A DNA stretch of 64,000 nt from the human T2T-CHM13v2.0 reference genome, Homo sapiens: the NCBI RefSeq assembly GCF_009914755.1, contig NC_060929.1. One strand, 5' to 3'. A program made the position numbers and the translations under genes. Shown one piece after another: positions 41,880-56,119 of the stretch. The notes below the pieces were generated by a model. It searched no databases. It saw nothing but the letters and a program-made list of their open reading frames with translations, and was not told where the DNA came from. How positions within the stretch are numbered: position 1 is the stretch's first letter; each line of letters begins with the position of its first letter.

Positions 41880-42800
41880 GAGAGATTAGGAAAGTGAACA
41901 AAGAGAAAAGCTACTTATTCTGGAACATGACCAAAGAGAGCCACAGGAGATGACACTAAAAAGGAAAACTGGGTTCGCATGCTGTAGAGCCTTGAATATC
42001 ATGTTGAGAAAATTGGGCTTATAACTATAGGTAAGGGCAAGCCATTTGCAGTCCATAAACCTTGGGTGTAACTTCATCTATTTTCTGTCACACAAAAGTA
42101 ACTGGATTCAATAGGTAAGAACAACGGGCAAAGAATGCAATTAGAAAGCCATGGCAGTAGTCCAAGTAGGAGGAAATAATATTATCATTATGGTAATAGC
42201 AATGTGAATAAAACTAAAGGATTAAAAATATTACAAGGTGTGAGATATGGTACTGGGGATATCAAGAAGAGCCAAAACCCAGAGAGATATTCTGAGTCAA
42301 AACTGGAAAGCTCTGATGGACCAGTCGAATGTAGGGCAGTGAGAGAGATGGAATAATGGAAAACTACAGTGTTTAGTTTTGGGATACTGATGACACAGTT
42401 AAATGGAGAATTCAGTTTGGAAGTACATTGAGGAAGTAAAGTGAAGAAAATGAGTTAGGTTTTCAACAAAATAATAGTAAAATACCTGCAAGATACTAAG
42501 ATGAAGCCATTTGACACCCGGATAGGTGGCTCTGTAGCTCAGAAGTCAGGTCCCAACTCAACATACACATTTGAGTCAATTAACATTGAGTTGGTATTTA
42601 ATGTTAGGAAATCATAGTGAAAAAAAAAAAAAGGTAGGGGATAGGAAGGTAGGGAGAGAAAAAATGAGAACAAGGTTTACAACCCTGGAATAAGAAGTAA
42701 GAATTTAAAATAAATCTTTACATTTCACAATGTTGGGAAAATGAATGACTTACTGAGGTACTGAGAACAGTTGTTAAGTAGATTTGGAATCACCTGAATA
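41880..42800 (-). mobile_element. L2 fragments
   Basis: gtagagccttgaatatcatgttgagaaaattgggctta...gcaagccatt; attagaaagccatggcagtagtccaag; ggagaattcagtttgg. Confidence 0.7.
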
Positions 42801-44226
42801 AAATGTATTGGAAAAGGAAAAGAAGTAAAGGGAGAGGAAAAATAAATGGTTTAATTTGCAGGAAAAGTAACGTTTGGGTAATACCTTAAAGAGGCGGCAA
42901 GATAGGAGGAAATGTAATTTATTTAAGATGGGACTTATCGCGTATCTGAAAAAGCACAGTGGTCCCTTTTTGAGAATAATGGAATAACATAGAAATTATC
43001 AAAAATAGAATTATTAAACTGTGATATATATATATAATATACATATATATATATATATAATATCTACAAAGTATATAATCTTATCTTTCCTTGAAGATAA
43101 ATCTGAGTCCAGATCTTTTGGTCATGTGAACATACTGCTAAAAAGTCTTCTATTTCCATGATAATTTTTTATAGTAAGTTAATTATCATTATTTTCCCTA
43201 GATGTCACATAAAATTGTTGTGATATTATATAAAGTTAGCTGTTAGCGTCTGGAGTATTTCTCATCATTCTTAAAATAGACAACAGTAATAATATAGAAC
43301 ATTAATGTTTCTATATCCATTTAGGAGGTGTTTGTAAAAAGTTCCAGTTGATAATTCAAATGTAGCTGCCGCAAAACTGTTGCCACGTGTTCACTGATAT
43401 TTCTGAAGTTATTTGGTTTGGGTATGTTGCCAGCTAGCAAAACACATCTAATAATCTTACTTCACTTCACAGCAATTTGTTGGTATTTTATTCTAAACAT
43501 TTATGATAAGATGCTACCATACATATTTATCATGTGTGAGATAATAAAGTGTCATTATATGAATATAAACATTATATAACCACTGTTTGAAGACTAGTGC
43601 TACATAAACATCTATTTCGGCAGTATTCTCAGAGTATAGCCAGCAGATGCTATACTCTATTTTTTTTTGAAGAGTGATCAGCTACAAGTCTAAACAAAGT
43701 GAGCTCACAGATGCTGTATAGTTTAATTGCTATCATTTCAGTGTGGAGATGTTCTAGAGAAAAGTAGCAAATCTCATACTAGCTATTAAAAACTAAATGT
43801 ATTATATTACTCCAACATCTGCTATTTATTTTGCTTTTGCTTCATGGCAGGTACAATTAATATTGTTTTAGTCATAGATTTATAAAATTTTCCCCATGGG
43901 TAATCCCATTATGGAAAATGTTTGCACTTAAAAACCCACAGAGATTTTTTAAAACATTTTTAATATGGAAAAATTATAAGAAAAAAACCCTTAATGTACA
44001 TGTATTATATTAATTAATACTAGAGTAACTTCAATAATTAGGCTTTCAAAGAAGCCGGAAAGTATGGAAGCTATACTAACAATGAGTTTCATGAAGCATG
44101 ATACCTTTTCCTTCTGCTCTCATTTGTTGAATTTAGTGGAACTCTACACCAGAAACTTTCCACATGTTTTCATTTCTCAAACTATGTGCCTGCTCTTTGT
44201 GTTAGGTTCTGGGGATGCAGTGATGA

Positions 44227-44560
<334 letters not shown>

Positions 44561-44901
44561 AGGATACTTCTTTCTTGGAGCTCACATTCCTCTGAAGAAG
44601 ACAGATAAGGCAAGTAATAAACAAACAGCTAAATGCATGAGGGTTTTGAACGGTGTTAAATGTCACAAGAAAATAAACAAAGAAGGGAATAGAGACGTAG
44701 GGAAGGCAGCTTCAATGCGAATGACCAAGAAATAGCTCTTTGAAGAGGTGAAACTTTGGCCAAGAGCAGACTGATGAGAAAGAGCGAGGCATGTTAAGAC
44801 CTGGGGGTGCACATTTCAGCAGAATACACATAAATCATAAAGGCTGTAAGACATTAACAAGCTTGATAAACTCAAGAAACAGAAGTTTATTAAGCTTGCT
44901 A

Positions 44902-45235
<334 letters not shown>

Positions 45236-45989
45236 CTAGTATGCTTTGAAAGAAAAATAAATATTTTTTGACTTTATGTGTTGTATAAATGGAAGGGGAA
45301 GAAGTATGGAAAGAATTTAAACTCTCAGTTGGAAGCATATTGCAGGGAATAGATTTCAAAAAGACAGAATGAAAAGAAGAAAAAATATTTGAGATATACA
45401 AACACACATACATATATATGTATATACATTTGCGGTTGGGCAGAAGATACACACTTCAGATTAATTCTCTTTTGGTCCTCTAAATTTTAACATTGAGAAA
45501 CATTACTGTTTCCTTAGTTCTTAAAAATTTTCCATAACAATTTGCTTTGCTAACAAAAACCAAAGAAATAAAAATCCCTATTATCTAACTTCTGTTGCAA
45601 TTATTATGCCTATTCCTTCATTTTTCCTCTTAATGAAAAGGGGAACAGCTGCTTACTATCATCCATATTCTTTTCATAAACTTGAAGTCTGTTATTAAGC
45701 AGTCCATAAGTTTGTGATGTCTAATTCACATGTCATCATCCAAATTGACTACTTGAAGTCAAAAGCACTGAAAGGGACTTAGTCATTTAAATGACCAAAA
45801 TAACCTGGCAATTATCCATTATCAAACCTAAACAACGAACATCATATTATGAAAGAAATTGAATCAGTAAAAAATACCAGCAAGCAACTTGAATGCTTTT
45901 AAAAATTTGACTACAAAAGTCATTATGTTGTGCACCAGTTGACAAGAGACGACACTTTCGTGTTCTTGCCAAACAAAAACGAAAACAAA

Positions 45990-46540
45990 AAATTATAGGA
46001 GCCTGTTCTAAGTACTGGGGTAACAACCCTAGACACTGTCTTTGGCTTCACAGAGATAACAGGCCAGATGGGCATTGAGACAAGTGAACAGGCAGATGGA
46101 AAACAGCATGGTGAGTAATACAGATGGTGGGAAGAACAGGGTACTATGGCATCTGCTGTGGAAAGAAGATAGATCTAGGTGATGGTTAAGTCTAAGACAA
46201 AGGAGGAGTAAAATCATCAAGGAAAGCAGGAGAGAGGGAAGGAAGTGGAAAGCAGACAAAAAAAAAAAAAACAACAGCAGCTGTAGAAGCCTGAGAAGAT
46301 GAGAGAGTCAAGTCCTTAGAGGGACTGAAAGCAGAGACATAACGGCACAAAACGAGATGGGAAAGTGACGGAGCAATACATGAGTCTGTAATGAGTGGTA
46401 AGATTTTAGATGTTGATTCTTATTTAATCCTTATGTGATTTTTTGAGATAATTCTGCCAGCAGCATGGAAAACAGCTTGGAAGGAAAAAGGCTAAAATCA
46501 AAGAAACGGGTTAGGTGTTTATAGGAGGAAGTTATACATC
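45990..46540 (-). mobile_element. L2 fragment
   Basis: gcctgttctaagtactggggtaaca...gtggtaagattttagat...gataattctgccagcagcatgga. Confidence 0.7.
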
Positions 46541-48364
46541 AATATGAATATTCAATTTTACTGTCTTATTGAGACTGTCTATTAGATGTGGGAAGAAGAA
46601 TTGAACCCATGGGACTCCTCTCTGCAGTGTAAAAAAATTAAAATTTTATGCATTTCTCACAGTCTCTAACCCATATTTTTTTCTATGTCACTTACAAACA
46701 GTAATTGATGCCTTTGTTTTCAAATGAGATATTTCTGGAGTGATAAATCTGGATCTATGGATCTTACATAAGGTATCTCCTATCATTTGCTGATATTGTT
46801 GATACTATATATTCTTTAAATTGGTTTTATCTATTCCATTTTTTACTAGTTTTATTCATTACAAGTTTAATGTGTGACAAATCTGAAATCAAAGTATTCT
46901 AATATAATTTTCTAATATCACTTTTTCATAAAGATACTTATTCATCTCATTGTCACATTCACTACTTTTTATTCAAAATGTTATATAATTGTTAAACTGT
47001 ATTTGTTGTTTTTATATCATGTTAGTTTCCTGTAACTGATGGGTCACATGCACTTGTCAGTGGTAAATTGTTCAGCTTTATGAGGCTAATACATGAAGAT
47101 TATAAGAAAATCTAGGGTTCTTAGTCAATGTGTCACAGTTTGAGTTTGTATCCAAATAATAGTTTTTACAATATTTTAACTCATTTACTATCACGAGCAA
47201 AGTAATGCACATTTTTTGGTAAAAAGTTCTTGAAGGTAGGAAAGTGTATGAAGAAAAATAAAGCCAATATGTAAGAATTCATACAACACAATTGCTTTTG
47301 TTAGAAAAAAACGATTTACTTAAGGACAATGTTGACATCTTTCTTCTCTTGTGTTAAGCTGGTGACACTCTCAAGATTTATATTTTTAAACTTTACTTGC
47401 CCAAATATATACACAGAAAATTTGGCAATATTACATTTCTAAAGTTTTAAAACTTTTTATCTTTTCTTGGGTATATACTCATTCACATATAGGCTGCAAA
47501 CAATAACAAGGAAGTTAACACTGTCTAACTATTTTAAAAGTATCTAAATCATTAGGGTACACTTTTGGATAAACAAGTTAGAACTGTGAAAAATGGGTAC
47601 AATGTATCTACAGGGGAAATTTTACATACTTTGCTTTTATTATAATTTTATTTATTGACCTGGACTGTTCTACTAAACCATCCTTAAAACTCTTGATGCT
47701 GTAAATCTCCCCTGAAAAATTCCTTCTTTAGAAATGACAGATTTGAAAGTGCTTTGAAGTAATGGATCCTAACTTCAAGGACCGAAAAAAAAAAAAAAAA
47801 AAAAGAAAGAAAGAAAAGAAATGGACTGCTTTGCTTTGCTGTGTTCTGCTCAGTCTATAACAGTATACTCACACATATTAGGTGGTCTATCTATGTTTGT
47901 TGAACAAATAAACAAATAATGAGTTACAAAATACTGATTAAAACACTAGTATAGCGGTTGTAACAAATCCATCGTACACTATATTTGTAACATTCAAAGA
48001 TACATAAGTTCCCTTTAGAAACCTTTATTTAGTTAGGAATGACACACTTCAGTCAGTTTTAAAACATAAAAAATATTTCATATAAACTTAATGGTTAATT
48101 CTCTATTCCATCCTAATTTATTCCTATTATTTATCTCATATTTATTCATGAATTATTATTTTAACATTTGTGAAGAATATTAAAAAGAGAATATTTCAAA
48201 AGACTTATTTTGTTATCCAAATCACAATTTACCCTCATTATCAAATTTCTAACTCTAAAAAGGATTCTTCATAAAATGTGAAAGCCCAAGAAATATAAAG
48301 CAAACTCTACTACAAAGCAAAGACTATCGCTAAGTCTTTCAACTTTACAAATTTAATTGTTACT

Positions 48365-48657
48365 GGCCGGACGCGGTGGCTCACACCTGTAATCCCAGCA
48401 CTTTGGGAGCCTGAGGCAGGTGGATCACGAGGTCAGGAGTTCAAGACCAGCCTGGCCAAGATGGTGAAACCCCGTCTCTACTAAAAATACAAAACTTAGC
48501 CAGGCGTGGTGGCAGATGCCTGTAATCCCAGCTACTCAGGAGGTTGAGACAGAGAATTGCTTGAACCCGGGAGGCGGAGGTTGCAGAAAGCCAAGATCAC
48601 ACTACTGCACTCCAGTCTAGGCAACAGAGAAAGACTCCGTCTCAAAAAAAAAAAAAA
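48365..48657 (+). mobile_element. Alu, AluSg-like, full length
   Basis: ggatcacgaggtcaggagttcaagaccagcctggccaagatggtg; TSD ttaattgttact on both sides. Confidence 0.95.
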
Positions 48658-49733
48658 TTAATTGTTACTTTGTACATTGCATTCCTTATTCATGCTAGCT
48701 GTTTTCTAATATCTACCCTCTACTTCCTCAATAGGGATTTAGGTGGGCAGCAGCACTTGGTTATTTACAAGTTCAGGATCCTGTTTATAAAGCAAGGTAG
48801 TGTGCCTTCTTCTTTTCCTTGTTTAATATTCTCCATGTAACTTTTCTTCTTCCTGTAGATGTAGATAAAAGCTATCTCTTGAAGATGGTAGAGCACATAC
48901 CACCCCTGGAATGGTAACCTCTGAACTGTTACACCAAAGATCTTATTTATGGTGTTTAAATGTTTGCGTTGGTCACATGAAACATAATATTTACCTTGCT
49001 TAAACATTTAGGGTTTCACTGTTACAGAGTCAGAATTGACTCCAACTAATACATTTCCTTGATTAAGTAAAACTTAGTCTGAGGTGTCTAGGATTATTGT
49101 TTTCATTAAAGTAACAATATTTCATTTTGATATAAACTAGTAATGGTTAGTTATATATAGTATAAAATGGTATATGGGATTATCAGCTCATTTTATTATT
49201 AGTTATTTGCCCATGCTCAGGTAAAAGTTCTATTATTCAGATGTTTTCATTAAAAGAAAAAAAGATTGTTAACATACATGGATACTTAACAATACTTCTG
49301 TTATCAGCATTTTTAATCCTTCATGTGTCTCCAAAGCATACAATGTAAAACAATTCAATTTTAAAATGTATAATTCATTTGCAAGTTTTCTGATAATCCT
49401 TAGTGACCTTGGATTGTCAGCTTTGTCCTCCTCTCAATAACAACTTGTATAAGTTAGAAGAAAGAATTGGTCCCAAAAGAAATCCCCTAAATGAAATAAA
49501 TTTTAAAATCCTTTCATGCATTACACTGCCAATCACTGTGGATAATCCCATTCAAGCTACATAATTAGTATTCTAAGGTATGGATTCCCACCTGTACCAT
49601 GTAGTACAACATCATGAAGTGGGGAGGGGTATAGAAAGGAGAGGCTCCCAGCAGACTTTTATGTGATAGAATGTGGGAATCAATTTTAATTAATTCTGCC
49701 TCTTTAAATCTGTCTGCTCTTTAGGAAAGATTG

Positions 49734-49792
49734 CTATCTGTCTCCAGCACTATGGCGAGATAATTAATAGGAGCACTGCTGGAGACTGATAG
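49734..49792. other. Inverted repeat / hairpin in unique sequence (15 of 16 bp)
   Basis: CTATCTGTCTCCAGCA (49734-49749) pairs with TGCTGGAGACTGATAG (49777-49792) with one T:T mismatch. Inner CTAT/ATAG stem in the 27-nt spacer. Confidence 0.85.
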
Positions 49793-51403
49793 TGCAGGCG
49801 GCCGATACCCATGGCAGGAGCTCTCGTCATCTAACTGCCACAGAATTGTGAAGGTAAAGAATCTGCAGAAAAGTGGAACATTCATTTTTACTAAATAAAT
49901 GCATTATCTATAGCACACATTATAGAGTTTTGTTGTTGTTGTTGTTAATCTAACATGTAACAGAAATAAAAGAGATTGTTTCTAAACCACTTTAAACTGT
50001 TCTGGCAACTACCTTAGACCCTTCTGGCGAAGCATCTCTAAAGAAGACCATTGACAGCCACTATCAGTAGCAGCAGCAGTGGGCATGTGTCCTCGCTTGC
50101 CACCCCACAAAAAAGCAAACAAACAAAAATCATTCCCAGATGAAAACTACGAAGTTGTAAACTATAAAAGGGAAGATTAAACATTGTCTGTGTGTTCTCT
50201 AACATCCATTTGATTTATAGTTTTTTTTTTTTTCCTTTTTTGACAGAAGTTGGTCTTATCCCATTTTCTTAGCATAAAAATAACAATTCTCTTATAAGGC
50301 AGTTTTACGCAGCATTAACAGAGCAAAGAGTAAACTTTGTTTGCTTTAATAATACTAAATTGTAACATCATATTTTCTATTTGCAAATGTTTGTCCATCT
50401 ACTGGATGTATAAATCTTCGTAGTGACAAAAGTATGTTTGATTTATTTATAATGGTCAATGGAAGGGCTATGAAATTGTGTATTAAGCTACTATGAGAAA
50501 AGCGGCATGGCTCAAATAATCATCTTTATATTCAGCATGCTTCAGGCAATCACTAATTTTTGAGAAATCTATTGTTCTCTAGTTTTTCCCAAGTACTCAT
50601 TTCCAACCTCATTCCATCAGGTATTCTCTGAGGAGTCTTATCCCTATGACTTGCTCAAAGCAGATATTGTCTATTTTTTTTGTCTATTAAGAAAATAACA
50701 AAATTTTAAAACCAAATAAGATCTTGGCTAAGATACCATATGAAAGGTGAATACACACAGACCCAAACAAGTCCAAAAGATTGCCTGTCATAAAGTTAAA
50801 ACTGGAATCAGAACTGGCAACCTGGACTTCTGACTTGTGATTCAGGATATATTTCACCATCTAGACTGCTACGCAGTCTCAGAAAAAAAAAACAAAAAAA
50901 AACTTAGATTGATTTCAAAGAGGTCACCACACATGTATTCTTTCTTCCAAAGCCTTGTTTTATTCTTACCTTATTCTTCAACCTCTAGTATACACATATA
51001 CAGCTCATAATTGAAATGATGTATTTTCCTGTCCTTATGCTAAACAATTTTAGGAGGTTTTTTTCCTGTTTTGGGGTTAAAAAGTACTAAAATTAGGCAA
51101 GATCATTTAGCTGCTTTCTTTAGGAAATACTTGCTTCTTGAAGACCTCGAAGCAACTGAATAGATCTCTCATCAGGACTTACAGCTTACTCTTCAGTACT
51201 TGCCTGAATACCATCTCCTCTCTAGCCCCTCAATCCACAGTTATTATACCATTAACTACCTAATCTGAACTGGCTCCTTGAATTGCATGGCTCGAGTTAA
51301 AACTTCTCGCATTTATTATGAAATAATTTTTAAATGAAACCCTATAAATATCGGTCTATTTTTTCTCCCTTCTGATTAAGACTGTCATGATGGTGTTATC
51401 CCA

Positions 51404-51806
51404 CTATTAGAGTTCTCCAGATAAATAGAAACAATAGGATGTGAATTTATATATACAGAGACATTTATTTTAAGAAGTTGGCTCATGCAGTTGTGGATGC
51501 TGGATAGTCCGAAATCTGCAGGGTAGGTGGGCAAGCTGGGAACTCAGAGAAGAACTGATGTTGTGCTTCAAGTTCAAGGCTGTCTACTGGTAGAATTCCC
51601 CTTATCTAGAGGGAGGTCACTCTTTTTCTTAAGGTCTTCAACTGATTGGATGAGGTCCACCCACCTTGTGGATGGTAATCTGCTTCATTCAAAGTATTCA
51701 ATGTTAATCTCATCTGAAAATACCTTCACAGCAATATCCGGATGTGTTTGATTAAATATCTGGGATGTGGTCTAGCCAAACTGACACATGAAATTAACCA
51801 TTGCAT
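51404..51806 (-). mobile_element. MLT2D-type solo LTR
   Basis: tattagagttctccaga...ttggctcatgcagttgtgga...cttcaactgattggatgaggtccaccc...ctagccaaactgacacatgaaattaaccattgca. Confidence 0.9.
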
Positions 51807-52020
51807 CCTTTGTAGCAATGAATAAAATAAATTCCATTTTACTGGAACAACAATTTTTCTGGTGGCCTTTCTGAGAAGTTGACAGCTGACATGTTTCTAA
51901 GCATTAGGTCTATATAAAACTGATAAAGACAATACAGTTTGTTGGTTAACTATAGAATCTAAATAGGTGATAAGATTCATGAGAAAAGTTTCTTCTGTTT
52001 TGTGAATTGTAATATTCTCA

Positions 52021-52400
<380 letters not shown>

Positions 52401-53612
52401 TTAAAAAATCAATACGTCAAACATTCTGATGTATTCTTTGTAGAGAAGAAGATTATATTTTCAAAATGATATCTTAAACAGTGTAGTGTGCAATTGAGTA
52501 ACTGAAATTGAATGTGTACCAGATATACAACTGTGGTATGATCCTATACGTCTGCAACACAAATATCCAGATCCACAACATGCACAAAAAAACCCCACTT
52601 TTTTTATTGACAATTATTTTGTTCCTTATGGGAAATTAAATTTTAAAATACTCTCCATCACTCATGCAAATATCAGTTGTTTGAGCAATATGTTTTGCAT
52701 TCTTATATCATTTTACAAACAGAGCTCATACATGATGTTATCCCTCAGTCATAACTGTTTTTTTGTCATAGTTTAAAATATTTCCTCTCACTTCTTAATG
52801 AATGACACTTCAAAGATGCCTGACTTGTCACTTGTATTTATTCACGTCTTTATCTTGAAAAGCTCCAGTGGACAAACCTGAGCATAAAATTGGCACCCAG
52901 CTTTTCATGAAGACTGAAGAAGTATTCTGTTTCATGATTTATATCCTGGGTTTTATACTAGGAGCAGGTTATATTAAAAATTATCTCAGATGGGTCAATT
53001 TCTTTTAAATCTTTATGAAAGCATCTTGAAAGCAACTCATTCTTATTTCGGCTAAGAACGGAAAATGCCTGGAGAAGGGAAACCCTTACAAAGTTATGTG
53101 AAGGGCATGCATGCCACGGTGTGCCCCCCAGGAGTTTTCATAATCACAAGTAAATGGTTATCCACAATATTAAGTGCTACAGGCCCAAGATATAAATATA
53201 AGCAGTAACGTCTGCTCTTTAACTTATATATGCCAAATCTCCTATGAAGTTACCAATCAGAACAGGTTTTACTATTTACACCTAGGTAGAGGTGCAAACT
53301 AATAAATATTTTACTGTTTGATTCAAGAAATTTCTGGAAACCAATTTATTCCCAAGTGCTTGCTCATCTGGAAAAGCAATTGTTCTGTCAGTTTAATTGA
53401 CACCTTAAATGGGGATTTAAAATATTTGCAAATTATTTCTATTGTTAAATTTATGATTAATCTTTAAGAAAATGTATAATAAATCACAAAAGAAGAAAGT
53501 AGATTTTGTGCATAAAACCGTTAAAATACAAACAAAACCTTGTGTCAGACTTAGCATGTGTTACTGATATGTACTTTAATCTTCTACAAAATTTCAGTTT
53601 GTAATTTCTCAA

Positions 53613-53648
53613 ACACACACACACACACACACACACAATCACACACAT
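53613..53648. repeat. (CA)n microsatellite
   Basis: Directly visible. Confidence 0.95.
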
Positions 53649-54259
53649 AACCTAGTGTTATAAAGGTGCCAATGGTATAAAGAAAGATTATGAACTTCAA
53701 AGTCATAGTTTCCCAGAGAGAAAAAAATTGTATATTCAGAGATGTAAATTGATTCAGGTAAAATACCTAGTTAGTAGTTAAACTGGCAATCAAAGTCTAA
53801 AACCTAACCTATACATCACCCAGTTATGAAATGTATGTAATGTGTATATGTACAAACTCACATGCATCTATGTGTATATTTGACCTAAATTATTCCAATA
53901 TATATACATAAAGAAAATCAATAATTTTTAAATGCATGAGTCCCATGGAGAAGAAGTAATAATAATTATAGGAGTAATCTCTTACCCATAGATCTGTCCC
54001 TTGGTGTTACAAAATAAAAAATCTAATTTTATCTTACACATTTGTTAGTTGTTAGATTTAATTCTCAGTCATTCTTAAAAAAGTATTAAAATATTGTGAT
54101 TTGAGTTTTATTGTATTTTATTTGCTAGAATAGCATTATTTATTAAAATAACACAGGCAAGTAATTCATTTTGTGTTAATGATTCTTATTTCTTGAATGG
54201 GGCAGAAAGTTTTGTCATCAGCTTTTTTTGGAAGACAGTCATTTATAACCTTGAAAACT

Positions 54260-54808
54260 GTGATCAGACCAATTGAATCCACATAGCTAAAGGATTGGGA
54301 CTGAGAACTAAGATCGTTGGGTCAAATTGACTTAATCATTTGTTTCAGAACATTCTTTTCTGGGAAGATAAGAGTATAAACTAATAATTTACTGTTTGCG
54401 TCAGGAAATTCCTATAAATACATTCATCTTGATAAAGAGTTAATTTTTCTGAGCAAACATGTCTTGTATTAGGACAATGGTTATCTTATCTGAGCAAACA
54501 ATTTGCTTTTCAAATAACAGTTTAGTTATCACAACTTGCTTCAAGATCTTTTCTGCACACAAATTCTAAACTGCGATGTCATGAACTTTACATACTTCCA
54601 AGGAGTTCCCTGCTTGTACATGTCCTCTTTAAGTCACTTGAGCCCAGAATCCTGAACACTGAAAATTAAAAAAAAAATACATCTATTCTTACATTTATAC
54701 TTCGAATAAGAATTTTTCATGTTGATGTTCTGCCTTGATGCCATATGCCTAATAAACTTAGCTTTACTTTTTTGAAGAGGTGTTGTTTTGGAGAGTTAAA
54801 ATTTGACA
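54260..54808 (+). mobile_element. Old ERV1-class solo LTR (MER110/MER89/MER90-like)
   Basis: TG...CA ends; internal repeat tctgagcaaaca; 3' block ctaataaacttagcttt...gaggtgttgttttgg...ttgaca. Subfamily uncertain. Confidence 0.55.
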
Positions 54809-56119
54809 GTCTACTGACTTTTCATAACGGAACATCATGGTAATTTAAGTGTGTCTCAAAAAGGAATAAAAGTCTGAGAACCACATCTCTAGATTTTACC
54901 TTTCTTTATCTACAAAATAATAAAAATCTGTCTTACATTTTATTTAACATAGTGGGACAGTATATTATTATGTGATACAGTTTTCCTTGTTCAGATAACA
55001 AAATTGATCAGAAACTATCATTATCACAATATAAAAGAAAGCACTGTTTACCCCCTTTCATGTGTGAAGTAATGTGAAAGAAAATGATTATCATGTACAT
55101 AATTTAATTAACATAACTGAGTATTTTTTAAACAAATGAAGGTCAACTCTGTTAACAGTATTAGATGTCTGAAAGCAAATTCCTACAAACACATGAAAAA
55201 AGTAGCAATGGTCTTTGCACATGAGGTTCACGAACTATTCTAAGTATTTGAGCCTCTGACAATTTGTTCAGTTAATCCATTCTCTTCTATATAGTGACTT
55301 GTTTAGCCTTTTGGTTTCTAACCTATAAAAGTAAGAGTAGAAAACCTTAAAGATGGACTCATGGGCTCTTTTTCCCATCATGCGAAAATGTTCACTTGCT
55401 ACAGTGTTTCCAAGTTTAAATAAAGTTTGATCATCTTCATTCTAAGCACTGAGTGATCATTTCATTTCTAAATTTAACTGCATTTATTCACCAAATGAAA
55501 TGCAGTAAATTTTACTTATACAATCTAATATATAAAAAGAAAAAATGGTGTTTGTGAATGAATAATAATTAAGATATAGAACTTCAATCAGTTCCCCTAT
55601 GCAGTAATTGGCTAAAGTATAAAATATTTTATATCAGTTTCCTTGAGGCTCTCTTTGGCTTACAAAATTGTGGAATACATTTTTATACTTTATATGTAAG
55701 AGTTTTACAAAGTTATGATACAAAACCAGTGAAAGTTTAGTGTGTAAATACTCACACGTGCTTTTTACATTTGTTTTTAAAATAATTTTATCTAATTAGA
55801 AGACTGAAAGAGTAACACATACAAAAAATAATATACTCTTTATACAGATTCTTTAATTGTTTTGATTTTACCTCAGGTTTTTGCACTTATTCAATACCCA
55901 ATGCATTTTATACTGAACTATTTAAGAGGATATTTGAGATATTTTATGCCTGTATTTCTAATGTTTTAGTTATATTTCTCACATAAAACCATTCTACCAT
56001 TATTGAAAAGAAAAGCTTTTGTCATCAATATATTATTATAGCCAATCTGTAGTTAAATTCAATTGTTGTCTTTTCCATATATATTTCCTTCTTCAGAATG
56101 CTGATATAAATTCATACTT

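Noticed and set aside
43631-43668. Perfect 10-bp hairpin AGAGTATAGC/GCTATACTCT followed by a T run, resembling an intrinsic terminator
   Set aside because: Bacterial terminators have no role in primate nuclear DNA, no Pol III gene lies upstream, and the stem is short enough to be chance.
49730-49845. H/ACA snoRNA or known pre-miRNA reading of the hairpins (second stem TGGCAG/CTGCCA, then ACA)
   Set aside because: No ANANNA H box in the hinge and the second stem is too short. The first stem is short with a large bulge for Drosha processing, and I recognise no mature miRNA.
50163-50170. TATA box TATAAAAG
   Set aside because: Common in AT-rich DNA and followed by a poly-T/acceptor tract rather than a recognisable initiator; cannot be supported without CAGE data.
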